The notes under the pieces are model-generated. The model had not been told where the DNA came from. It was given only the letters and a program-made list of their open reading frames with translations, and did no database searches. Shown piece by piece: positions 21,801-28,821 of a DNA stretch of 64,000 nucleotides (positions are counted from its first letter, which is position 1; every line of letters starts with the position of its first letter). Position numbers and translations under genes: made by a program. The stretch spans positions 288,001 to 352,000 of the forward strand of contig CAXWPL010000001.1 of assembly GCA_963666215.2 (NCBI GenBank), written 5' to 3'. This DNA is from Acidobacteriota bacterium. Its GTDB lineage: Bacteria; Acidobacteriota; UBA890; WLXD01.

Positions 21801-21968
21801 GGTGAAGTAAACGGCGCCCGACCAGTTCTCGGCGCCCGGGAAGATGGCCGCTTCGCAGACGAGCACCGAGAAGCCAGCACGACCCAGCGCCGCCGCAGCG
21901 GTAACGCCGGCCGGACCCGCACCTATGACTATGGCGTCGAAATGATCGCCAGCAGGGGCGTTCTTCAT
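12894..21968 (-). CDS. Giant fusion: FixC-like flavoprotein / FixX-like ferredoxin / degenerate ACAD / ACAD / ETF-beta / ETF-alpha
   Basis: One open frame over 9 kb. FixC: GAGPAG, GVKEVI, GGFLYTN. FixX: CPAKVY and CIKCEAC. ACAD1: GRVQF, QIFGG. ACAD2: FALTEPTAGSD, LNGSKMWITNG, EKLGQRGSPT, IYEGTNEVQR. EtfB: VLLKPVP, EALALGVD, DLVLCGD. EtfA: QIGQTG, SGAPQH. Start placed at MKNAPAG (ORF track starts at 22040). Confidence 0.9.
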   Translation of the reverse strand: MKNAPAGDHFDAIVIGAGPAGVTAAAALGRAGFSVLVCEAAIFPGAENWSGAVYFTENLEHEEAFGREAVEAAPYERRLIERGAFLYNGHTLLGATVRGASVYNSCYTVLRPVYDRYLAEVAREHGVVLACETTVQSLIRHRGRVIGVHTERGPAYADVVFLAEGDASHLVTQEGYERVSPEEQAHGAPHFLQGVKEVISLPADEIDRRFGLGEGEGHGAAYEMLLRNATRNGRTARLNMGGFLYTNADSISLGFVLPLDNLKENFQGDHNLLMEWFKALPEIAKLIDGGTVSSYGAKIIRGGGLREVPRMVDDGLAIGGAASGIGLDFPYPNFTGPATAMGLYFARAVQAIAAENGGPRSRGGGGGGLDPAASPYTAAALQRTYLKELHASHYYRNVEYLKDWPGYVERTQMFFERQLDVINNSAFVLSRRNRSGVRRWWQLVRLLRRALPWRKRKPILADVADLSRTIGVAGLVRAAVTPRNLASAFINTLAAFFPDRRRSAVGSSACGEPLAGTVRPGTGISEAIDAQGARLRAMFRVMGGDEEAGRVPWLFGWYWRRFGPALAEAFSTIYRNDDRDVGDKLRTAARLFAAQVAIWDLLAAAALGVGLLLTVVVQWLVEMVQFGVLKWDRSAYRRQFANQLVEENLERIRLDDDTVRHTTSYEERLGTISYREGHHSHIKVLWPEPIGARAKLADSVLWNVCPAKVYEVRRNSAGMPGVVVNFENCIKCEACWRATGDVHWSRATPHRLVYQTYGPAQRMLHDYLVQRPEPQARVPVDSASLSTSTSTSTSPHWTRNWSPLASQARSEAPAARRLPLQAVRACVERSAASLEAYGDALAAAPLTLEPSGRAQLSGLLDAARAAFAEAREAWRDDSLASERELAGEAAITLWDDATERFDELRGHAEQGRPFWAEVLGKQLREHHFVGLHALLDTFESVGASSSTEFLEAADDAPYGSAASPAVQRIERWRWSQAWREIEAQPMRLASRRKTLRADCESLFGSQAVRALEHGEAPTEAQREWLRQNVAEAERAGREPGGTGEPATPAFGFRDVLLEELARADPAIAWLAASHLQALDLMNKSEGASPSLGDGGKWAACAHQGWLRVESSTVTTLHGELNFVPLALASRLVAVHDNKAYLVDLEQPGPRLEVRDVGTIGLMGAGIRQVRFDGYEVEAADVIALPSLEAGCDPRAAQQPVAGEPAADLIDVTLRDMLAIVRGAGEYLLGRARDHASGRVQFPGTFEDEAGRDTIAKFGAVKQLLAEMEAQRYLVEALTLHNPATGSRCSGAPAAKVLAAEAFGPALGSFSYNAGQIFGGTAFSEDDVIAKYYRDSSPFRFLIAHDDALRVQVGRDRLLAVEDGERLVPLSDAELWWLELGAAQPLFAITVERFREAVEIVETWAAGVDASAIARAIAAATVRGKGEVEEPLQQLVGGAVVRILGAKACLLRALWRLDAGLPAEATLEAAKLWVERLAAEVPNLPDEAALLAETVAIGEELLDQGELRAANIASAERYDVICTEDREYRSGAWLVEPFDPDHLRYVPEVLYNDPGLSSYWKELEGELRARFVEPSFEGLSYNRYLEKLHRIPQVDLDYMVERGFMRMPIPKRLGGGGALKAEYYVLCKLIGRYGDAALSLAIMANTSIGTTPVLIGMEQDLPRARAELEKVRSSPELLGDIRDGVDRLIAAMRRPNLVQLTADYTELMGMVRKRVVKSTVLKYLGGGFLRAFFAAGRAGQRRDIDGFEAHLREARDLLGDIVDGAANRLAEYPRRELAHEQFLQFISAGYISAFALTEPTAGSDSGGVKTFARLESRRVHRDDDGSLHFFVDEDGQSDRRNLVDAERLEFDYDDHRILYRYSDEADPAVIDHSDYDYDKDAPDRMRFYMHGDRRVDFTDIAQLRQVEGQLTYEFWVLNGSKMWITNGRFSHCMALYARTEPEGVTGFMVDRHAEGLVVGADEEKLGQRGSPTNELSFNNVRVPREGIIGFRGRGQVNALETLNTGRAGLAVTTHATIQEMVEDARELLLSRKSQVEGVGEADRLEHGDSDRTGPADARPLDLYWMGRVADELMATAGTTYELVGLLDNKHTESVRMESAIGKYYGSEAEHDVIDWMERLRGLEGQTHLHRIEKTRRDARVLNIYEGTNEVQRFLLLKDLVQRVLPSWDEAADAGNQAASSGVDEPPSLDDAADLVAALERAKSTLRELLVEAVRRFDQQIWANVGLQPCMFRLPEIAGLTKVIDAVLYRLSWCVRHQVEAEHRQCVERAARVFVRRALARIATLERRYRSSFEYLERNARPPELQLGYLSLEEHGTRTEGWGLMPKRLVPGPIHAPLAAPVRIAVLLKPVPMPAPRPRVDNAGFAEPMYTLSAADRAGLAEALRLKSRDAARVEVVAYAVAGTPATTLLREALALGVDRAVSIEPGETADGVGDGNGAAPFGDPAAVAHDPRFIADALAAALRLEPADLVLCGDRAADTEQGLLAPYLATLLGSSVHAQVETVGWSSGGEPSLEVSRSGWQGSALKQALPAVLGMAGDAGSELQYRLPALLRASTAEIETLSMRALVPDAESAHVIHRLRVSSLNRSNGDAVAGGLATTPEQAAAVVQRVVAQVGGGSSSEVVSPYGGRLLSFGEQPTDTDPSCIYVGEPSLGDVLWQGARPELHAAAQLADGVGLPLDLVLPIDGAEEAAAAIAGGAAAIAEPRRIYVVAADGMASFGAAGHLEWLEELWAMYRGSPQWLVGTSWMNELFSRLMASAPPGAGRRQSWSWFNVESIANDPLSAGSGAASGPNASAAGRGVQLATPIYGGAAAAAVSLPPQQREGLRVVTLGRSVQVDLGRASYAMPGSADSQVFYWSPRLDYCVADDPVATLLSRLGAGDTSIADAEVIIDFGYGAGGRDGIDQLAEPLRKLLADELGLPGVMIGATRKVTQDLELLPMDRQIGQTGFAVNPRLIIALAVSGAPQHVDYIGERATILSFNIDPAAPLMRLNEQRARPLVHPIVGDVWETVPRFIAAIRAHLSSGR
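19588..19611. repeat. (GATGTC)x4 tandem repeat encoding a Ser/Thr linker in the giant ORF
   Basis: Four exact hexamer copies, in frame, encoding the STSTSTST stretch just after the ferredoxin module. Confidence 0.85.
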
Positions 21969-22092
21969 GAAGAATGATTGCGCCGAGATTGCCCCGGACG
22001 GGGCGAATGATGAGGTCATGGTAAGGGATGCGCCGCGCACCGGCCAGACGGCCTGCTAGGCTTCAGTGCTCCCACCCACGGAGACCGGATTG

Positions 22093-23610
22093 ATGCGCAA
22101 AAACCTCGCTGTTGCCGGCGCCTTCTGTTTCGCTGCCGTCATCGCTGTCGGGATCGGAGGCGGGACGTCCCAGGGGGCGCAAACGCCAGCCCTGCTGCTC
22201 GCCAACGCGCTCATCGTCGACGGGTCGGGCAACGCTCCCTACGTGGGCGACCTGCTGATCGAGGGCGATCGTGTCACCGCGGTCGGCCCCGCCGGCAGCC
22301 TGCGCCCGCGCGGCACCTACGCCTACGAGGACCTCCATGGGCTGGCGCTGGCACCCGGCTTTGTCGACATCCACAACCACTCGACCGACCGCTTCGCGCG
22401 CGACCCCGCTGCCACCACGCAGGTGGCTCAGGGCGTGACCACCGTGATCGTCGGCGCCGACGGCGGCTCCCCCTGGCCAATCGACGACTATCTGGCCAGC
22501 GTCGAGGAGATCGCCCCGGCGATCAACGTCGGCACCATGGTCGGCCACGGGACGCTGCGCGGACGCGCCATGGGCGACGACTATCGGCGCGAGGCCACCG
22601 AGAGCGAGATCGCCATCATGGCCGAGCAGGTGGCGCGCGCTATGGAAAGCGGCGCCTTCGGCCTGTCGAGCGGGCTCGAGTACGACCCCGGCTTCTATTC
22701 CTCCACCGAAGAGCTCATCGCGCTCGCCAAGGTGGCGGCAGCGGCTGGCGGCTTCTACATGTCGCATACGCGCGACGAGGAAGAGGGCGTCATGGATTCG
22801 ATTGCGGAGGCGATCCGCATCGGCCGCGAAGGAGGACTGCCGGTGCAGATCTCGCACATCAAGATGGGCAACGCCTCGGTGTGGGACCGCGCCGGCGAGG
22901 CCCTCGATTTGATCGCCGACGCTCGCGCCGAGGGCATCGACGTCACCGCCGACCAGTATCCGTACACCGCCTGGCAGTCGGGACTCGGAATCGTCGTGAG
23001 CTCGCGCCGCTTCAGCGATCCCGTCGCGGTCGCCGAGGGCCTCGAGGCGCTCGGGGGCGCCGAGCGCCTGCAGATCGTCAGCTACAGCCCCGATCGCTCC
23101 GTCGAGGGCATGCGCCTGTCGGACATCGCCGCGCGCGAGGGACGCAGCGGCGCCGAGCAGTACATCGAGATGATGGCGCAGGGTGGCGCCGGCGTGATCG
23201 GTCATACGATGAGCGTCGAGGATGTCGCCGAGCTCATGCGCAGCCCCCACGTGATGACGGCCAGCGACGGTGGCATCGGCTCGGCACACCCGCGCGGCGC
23301 CGGCGCCTTTGCGCGGGTGCTCGCCTACTACACCCGCGAGCTCGGCCTGCTGTCGATCGAGCAGGCCGTGCGACGCGGCACCACGATGCCCGCCGACCGT
23401 CTCGGCCTCACCGACCGCGGCCGTATCGCCGTCGGCGCCGTGGCCGACCTCGTGGCCTTCGATCCCGCCACCATCGCCGACAACAGCACCTTCATCGAGC
23501 CGCTGCGGACCGCTGTCGGGGTCCACAAGACCTGGGTCGCGGGACAGGTCGTCTGGGAAGACAACGCAGGCACGCAGGCACGCCCCGGCCGAGTTCTGCG
23601 GAAACAGTGA
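22093..23610 (+). CDS. N-acyl-D-amino-acid deacylase family amidohydrolase (exported)
   Basis: PGFVDIHNH, QGVTT, GAFGLSSGLEY, SHTRDE, ISHIK, HPRGAG, ADLVAFD. Signal peptide present. Confidence 0.9.
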   Translation: MRKNLAVAGAFCFAAVIAVGIGGGTSQGAQTPALLLANALIVDGSGNAPYVGDLLIEGDRVTAVGPAGSLRPRGTYAYEDLHGLALAPGFVDIHNHSTDRFARDPAATTQVAQGVTTVIVGADGGSPWPIDDYLASVEEIAPAINVGTMVGHGTLRGRAMGDDYRREATESEIAIMAEQVARAMESGAFGLSSGLEYDPGFYSSTEELIALAKVAAAAGGFYMSHTRDEEEGVMDSIAEAIRIGREGGLPVQISHIKMGNASVWDRAGEALDLIADARAEGIDVTADQYPYTAWQSGLGIVVSSRRFSDPVAVAEGLEALGGAERLQIVSYSPDRSVEGMRLSDIAAREGRSGAEQYIEMMAQGGAGVIGHTMSVEDVAELMRSPHVMTASDGGIGSAHPRGAGAFARVLAYYTRELGLLSIEQAVRRGTTMPADRLGLTDRGRIAVGAVADLVAFDPATIADNSTFIEPLRTAVGVHKTWVAGQVVWEDNAGTQARPGRVLRKQ

Positions 23611-23707
23611 CGACCAGAAGCGAGCACCACCCGACGGAGCGGCACGACAGTCGGAGCACGAAACGAAGCTCCGACGGCGTGCCGATCGGCGACCTCCGAG
23701 CGCGGCG

Positions 23708-24460
23708 ATGAGCGCCGCTGGATGCGACGTCGAGAGCTTGGGGATCGTCGGCTTCGGCGCCTTTGGCAGCTTCGCCGCCGACCACCTACGCCAGCACTTC
23801 GATGTCATCGTCACCGACACCGATGATCGCGCAGCGGCCGCGCGCCAGGCCGGGCTCGGCTGGGCAGCGCTCGACGTTGTCGCCCGTTGTGATGCGGTTG
23901 TGCTTTCGGTGCCCGTCCAGGCCCTGTGCGACACGCTCGACGCCGTTGCTCCGCTGCTCAGCGCCGGCACCCTGGTGGCGGATGTGGCCTCGGTCAAGAT
24001 CGAGCCGGCTCGCTGGATGCTCGAGCGTTTGCCCGCCGAGTGCGAGATCATCGGCACCCACCCGCTCTTCGGCCCGAGGAGCGCCGTGGACGGCCTTGCG
24101 GGCCACCGCATAGCCATCTGTCCGCTGCGAACCGAGCGCACGCCGGCGATCCAGGCGTTCCTCGAGCGCCTCGGACTCGAGGTCATCGTCACCGACCCCG
24201 ACACCCACGATCGGCAGGCCGCCAAGAGCCAGGCCGTGGCCCAGTACCTGGGCCGAGCTCTCCACGACCTGCAGATCGACCAGTATCCGATTCGCACGCG
24301 TACCGCCGAGCTGTTCGCAGAGGCCGGCCGCCTCATGGCGGGCGACTCGCCCGAGCTCTTCGACGCCATCCAGCACCTCAATCCGCACGCCGCCGAGGCG
24401 CGCGCCGAGCTTCGCGAGCGCCTGGTTGCGTGGATCGGATCGCCACCCACAACCGACTGA
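23708..24460 (+). CDS. tyrA: Prephenate/arogenate dehydrogenase (TyrA-like)
   Basis: GIVGFGAFG, DVASVK, IGTHPLFGP, HDRQAA. Confidence 0.8.
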   Translation: MSAAGCDVESLGIVGFGAFGSFAADHLRQHFDVIVTDTDDRAAAARQAGLGWAALDVVARCDAVVLSVPVQALCDTLDAVAPLLSAGTLVADVASVKIEPARWMLERLPAECEIIGTHPLFGPRSAVDGLAGHRIAICPLRTERTPAIQAFLERLGLEVIVTDPDTHDRQAAKSQAVAQYLGRALHDLQIDQYPIRTRTAELFAEAGRLMAGDSPELFDAIQHLNPHAAEARAELRERLVAWIGSPPTTD

Positions 24461-24462
24461 GA

Positions 24463-25692
24463 ATGGTGCCGCCAGGAAGCAACTCCAACGCCACGCGAGC
24501 GCCAGCTCGGGCGCATGCCGCCAGCCAGCACGGATCCCACGAACCGACCGACAACGCGGCGGCGATCTTCTCGCAGGCCGCCGGGCTTCTGACGAGCTGG
24601 TATCACGAGCATGCGCGCGACCTGCCGTGGCGCCGGACTTCGGACCCCTACGCGATTCTGGTCTCGGAGCTGATGCTGCAGCAGACGCGCGTCGAGACCG
24701 TCGCGCCGCGGTTCGAGGAGTTCTTGGAGAGGTTCCCCGACTTCGAGGCGCTGGCCACGGCGACGGCCGAGGAGGTGCTGGCGGCCTGGTCGGGACTCGG
24801 GTACTACCGCCGCGCCCGGGCGCTGCATACGCTGGCTCAGATTGTTGTCGGCGAACATGGGGGGCGTCTCCCGGACGACCGTCAAACGCTATTGACGCTG
24901 CCCGGCATCGGGCCCTACACCGCGGCGGCGGTGAGCTCGATCGCGTTCGGTACGGCGCGCCTTTCGATCGACGGCAACGTGGCGCGGGTGGCTCGTCGGC
25001 TGCTTGACCTCGACGAGGATCCCCGAGCGGGCGCTGCTCGACGGCGGCTCGAGGAGGCGGCCAACGACGCGCTGGCGCGGTTGCCGCCGGGCACGCTCAA
25101 CCAGGCACTCATGGAGCTCGGGGCGACGGTCTGCCTACCGCGCACCCCGCATTGCCACCGGTGTCCGTGCGGGGAGATCTGCGTGGCGCGAGCCAACGGG
25201 CGCGAGCGCCACCCCTCGCCCATCAAGCGGCAGGCCGTGTACGACGTGGTGGAGGCGTCGGCGGTGATCGAGCAGGGCGGCAAGCTGCTGCTGTTCCGGG
25301 GTCAAAGGCCCGGCGTACTTCAGGAGATGTGGGAGTTCCCCACTCTCGACTCGCGGCTGGCCGACTCCTCGGCAGACCACGAGCAGCCCGGCACAGACAG
25401 CAGCGATTGCCTGCTGCGGCAGCTTCGATTGCACCTCAGAAGCCTCGGGTGGGAGCTGGTAGGTACCGAGCACCTCGGCCAGATCCGCCACGGAATCACC
25501 AACCGCCGGATTCGCTGCGAAGTGTACCGAGCGAGGCTCGAGCGGTCGACCCAGCGCTCTACAATTGGCTGGCCACAGGCGTCGGCGGAGCTCGGTCCGA
25601 GCGCCCATCGATGGCTGCCGTTACGCCAAATTGCATCGCTGCCGCTGGCAGCCTCGGCCCGCAAGACTCTGGAGCTGCTCTCGCCAAGCTGA
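24463..25692 (+). CDS. mutY: A/G-specific adenine glycosylase
   Basis: RDLPWRR, VSELMLQQT, WSGLGYYRRA, LPGIGPYTA, DGNVARV, Cx6Cx2Cx5C Fe-S motif, WEFP. Confidence 0.95.
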   Translation: MVPPGSNSNATRAPARAHAASQHGSHEPTDNAAAIFSQAAGLLTSWYHEHARDLPWRRTSDPYAILVSELMLQQTRVETVAPRFEEFLERFPDFEALATATAEEVLAAWSGLGYYRRARALHTLAQIVVGEHGGRLPDDRQTLLTLPGIGPYTAAAVSSIAFGTARLSIDGNVARVARRLLDLDEDPRAGAARRRLEEAANDALARLPPGTLNQALMELGATVCLPRTPHCHRCPCGEICVARANGRERHPSPIKRQAVYDVVEASAVIEQGGKLLLFRGQRPGVLQEMWEFPTLDSRLADSSADHEQPGTDSSDCLLRQLRLHLRSLGWELVGTEHLGQIRHGITNRRIRCEVYRARLERSTQRSTIGWPQASAELGPSAHRWLPLRQIASLPLAASARKTLELLSPS

Positions 25693-25935
25693 CGCATCGC
25701 GTCGCCCGCGCGCGAACAGCTCGAGACCGTGTTTCCCGGGCACTTTCTTTCGCAAGTCCGCGATTCTTCTCTGCTCGGGCCACGTCATCGCCGCGAAAGG
25801 CCTTTCTTGGCGAAGCCAGCTTTCTTGTTTCGGCCGGTCCTCGGAATGCTGTTTAATGACTTTCGAGATGCACAACTGTTTGTAAGCGATCATTATTGAC
25901 GAACTCGATCGCACAGACTCCGAGGAGACACCCCG

Positions 25936-26421
25936 ATGACCTCAACCGAAAACCGCCGCAGGTTGCGCAACTTCCTGCTCGACAAGCCGGTTCAGTACCG
26001 CTACGGGCTCTACTTCTTCCTGGTGAGCGTGATGGCAGCAGTGGTCTCCCAGGTCCTGATGCTGCGCTCGGCGGAGACCCTCGTGCTCGGCACGCTGTCG
26101 GCTGGGGGTGTTGATCCGTCAATTGTCGAGAGCTTCGGCGCCGCGCCTCTGCGGCTGCTGGGACTGCTTACTCTGGTGCTGTTGCCAGCGCTCGCGCTGG
26201 TGTCGGTCGTCCTCGCGATCTTCCTGACACACCGATTTCTGGGCCCACAGGTGGCGATCAAGCGCCATGTGGAAGAGCTGCTCGACGGCAACTACGAATC
26301 TGTGTGCCGCCTCCGCAAGCACGACGAGTTGAGCGAGATCGCCGCTGGCCTGAATCGACTGGCGGCGGCGATGCGCGATGGCGTGGTCGCCCGACCTGAA
26401 CCGGAGCAGCGCGCGGCCTAG
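25936..26421 (+). CDS. Two-TM membrane protein with C-terminal HAMP-like segment
   Basis: RRRLRNFLL..QYRY, two TMs, THRFLGP..RLRKHDEL..LNRL. Paralog of 35131-35616. Confidence 0.8.
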   Translation: MTSTENRRRLRNFLLDKPVQYRYGLYFFLVSVMAAVVSQVLMLRSAETLVLGTLSAGGVDPSIVESFGAAPLRLLGLLTLVLLPALALVSVVLAIFLTHRFLGPQVAIKRHVEELLDGNYESVCRLRKHDELSEIAAGLNRLAAAMRDGVVARPEPEQRAA

Positions 26422-27697
26422 TGGTCGACCCGCCTCGAGCTCACCGTTTCGAGCCTGGCCGCCGCTAGCCCGGTACGTCCGCGGGCCCAGCCGCAGAGGC
26501 CGAGTCTGGCCCGACATGTCGCGGTTAAGTAGCGCACGACGATCAAAGCAGTTTATTTATATGTTTTTATGAGTTCTGATAGGTGACATTAATCAGAACT
26601 ACTTCAAACCAGGAGGGTGGCGGTGCCTACCCAGCGCGAGCAGCTTGCAAACACCGCGTCGGACGAACGCGGCTTCGGCCTGCTGATGACGCTTCTCGTT
26701 CTCGCGACGACTGTGGCACTCGGGATCAACATGATCTCGTCGGGAGTCACCGAGCTCGAGATCTCCGGCAACTACCGCAACCGAGCCACCGCCCACTTCG
26801 CGGCTGACTCGGGAATCGAGCAAACCTACGCCGACCTCAGGAACGGCGGCAGCTGGGTGCCGCAGCTGCTCAACATGTCGACCTGGACCCTCAAGCAGCC
26901 TTTCCCGAGCAGCTTCACAGTGAACGGCTTGACCATCAACGTGGCGATCGACGGCAGTGGCAACGCGGTTGCCGACAGCTACACCGTCGGGTCTCCGCAA
27001 ACGATCAGCAGCGGCACCTTCAGCCGCACGATCTTCCTTGCGCCTACCGTCGAGTTGGGCTGGAACGACGCGACGATCGTCTTCGCTACACGCAGCACTG
27101 GTACCGCCGGCACCTTCGACGATGCGCTCCAGGTGATCAAGGCCGACCTCCGCATGCATGTCGACTCGCACGGTGTGTGGGACAACGCGATCTTCGCCGG
27201 CAGTGGGGCGGCGGGAAACGCGATCAACGGCAACGTGGCGATCCGCGGATCGATCCATATCGTGGGAGACCCGCTCAGCCCGCCGACGATCGCTTTCTCG
27301 GTGATCCTGCACTTGACGAATCATAGGGCCAACGGTAGCATGGCCGGATGCTGCGGATTATCTACATTGTGGCCTCGGCTATATTCTCAGTCATCGGGAT
27401 CGCTGGCATTCCTGAAGACATCGAGGTTTGGCGAAAGTGGCTGGAACCCATAATGGCGTCCGAGTGGCATTGGTGGAATTACCTACTGATGGTCGTGGGC
27501 GCATCAGGTCTTGTCCACTCCACGTACCCGTGGCTGAAAGAAATTCCTACGATTCCGAAACGGCTCCACAAGCTTCCCAGGAAACTCGGATGGGTTTATG
27601 TCCCGAAGATGGGAAAGGAGCTAAAAGTAAGGTAATTATCCCTTGACTGTATAAGCATTTCGGGCTAAAATGGCTCCATTGATAGAGGAGATAGGTC

Positions 27698-28633
27698 ATG
27701 CCACCAGGAAACAGAAAACAGCCGAAACGAGCCAAGTCGTCCGAATCCCAGTATTCGCTCATGGAGTTCATGCGCGAGTTTCCCGACGACGAGACGTGCC
27801 TTACCTGGCTTTGGGAAAACCGCTGTTCGCCTGCCGGCAAGAACGCCATGTGCCCGAAATGCGAGGACATGCGCGCTTTTGAGCGGTACAAGACGAAACA
27901 GCAGCGCCAGTCGTGGACGTGTACGACCTGCGGGCACCATATCCACCCGACCGCTGGAACGATCTTTCACAAATCGTCCACGTCGCTGCAACTGTGGTTC
28001 TACGCCATCTACCTGATGACGAGCACACGATGCGGGATATCCGCGAAGCAACTTGAGCGCGAGCTGGGCGTGACCTACAAGACGGCGTGGCGCATGGCGC
28101 ACCTGATCCGTAACGAGCTTATGGAACAGGGCGACGAGCCTCTGTCCGGCGACGTGGAAGCCGACGAGATATACCACGGCGGCTACCGCAAGGGACGGCG
28201 GGGCCGAGGCGCGGCTGGCAAGACTCCCGTGTTCGGGATGGTCCAGCGCCAAGGGAACGTGGTCGCCATGACGGTTCCCAACGTGAGAGCTGCAACGCTG
28301 CAACCGAAGATCATCGAGCGGGTGCTGCCATCGTCCAGCATCTTCACTGACGAATTGGGTTCCTACCAAGGGCTCGACTACGGCAACAACATGGGCTACC
28401 GCCACCGGCGCATCAAACACACGGAGAAGGTGTACGTAAGCGGAGAAATCCACACGAACACTATTGAGGGCTTCTGGTCGCTGGTGAAGCGTGGAATCAG
28501 TGGTGTCTACCACTCGGTATCCGCTAAGCATCTTCAGGGCTACCTGAACGAGTACGCTTGGCGATACAACCACCGAAACGAGCGCCGCTCGATGTTTCGG
28601 ACGCTACTTCTTCGTGCTGCGCTTGGGCAGTGA
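27698..28633 (+). CDS. IS1595 family transposase
   Basis: Zn ribbon CPKC..CTTC, TAGTIFH, VEADEIY, FTDE, HTNTIEGFWS, YLNEYAWRYN. Confidence 0.95.
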   Translation: MPPGNRKQPKRAKSSESQYSLMEFMREFPDDETCLTWLWENRCSPAGKNAMCPKCEDMRAFERYKTKQQRQSWTCTTCGHHIHPTAGTIFHKSSTSLQLWFYAIYLMTSTRCGISAKQLERELGVTYKTAWRMAHLIRNELMEQGDEPLSGDVEADEIYHGGYRKGRRGRGAAGKTPVFGMVQRQGNVVAMTVPNVRAATLQPKIIERVLPSSSIFTDELGSYQGLDYGNNMGYRHRRIKHTEKVYVSGEIHTNTIEGFWSLVKRGISGVYHSVSAKHLQGYLNEYAWRYNHRNERRSMFRTLLLRAALGQ

Positions 28634-28747
28634 GGGTTTCTCGTCCTTGCCCGGATCGACCAATGTGTTTAGGTTCTTCATGAAATCGGCGCGCTTCGGA
28701 ATCGGGATTTCGACACCGGCGGGAGTCTTCTGCTTCTGTTCGCTCAT
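28604..28747 (-). CDS. 47-aa small protein convergent on the inner transposase
   Basis: Hand translation MSEQKQKTPAGVEIPIPKRADFMKNLNTLVDPGKDEKPSLPKRSTKK. Below the ORF-track cutoff. Confidence 0.5.
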   Translation of the reverse strand: MSEQKQKTPAGVEIPIPKRADFMKNLNTLVDPGKDEKPSLPKRSTKK

Positions 28748-28821
28748 GACTCGAGTCTATCCGACAAGGCGGTTCTTAGGGAACGCGGGCGTTCAGCTCC
28801 GTGCCTCGAGTGGGTGTTTAA

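Noticed and set aside
22063-24885. 940-aa ORF on the - strand
   Set aside because: Antisense shadow of the D-aminoacylase, tyrA and mutY genes; it has no motifs and is typical of high-GC DNA.
26617-27453. ORF as a complete 278-aa pilX gene
   Set aside because: Residues after ..PTIAFS are read-through into the transposon end.
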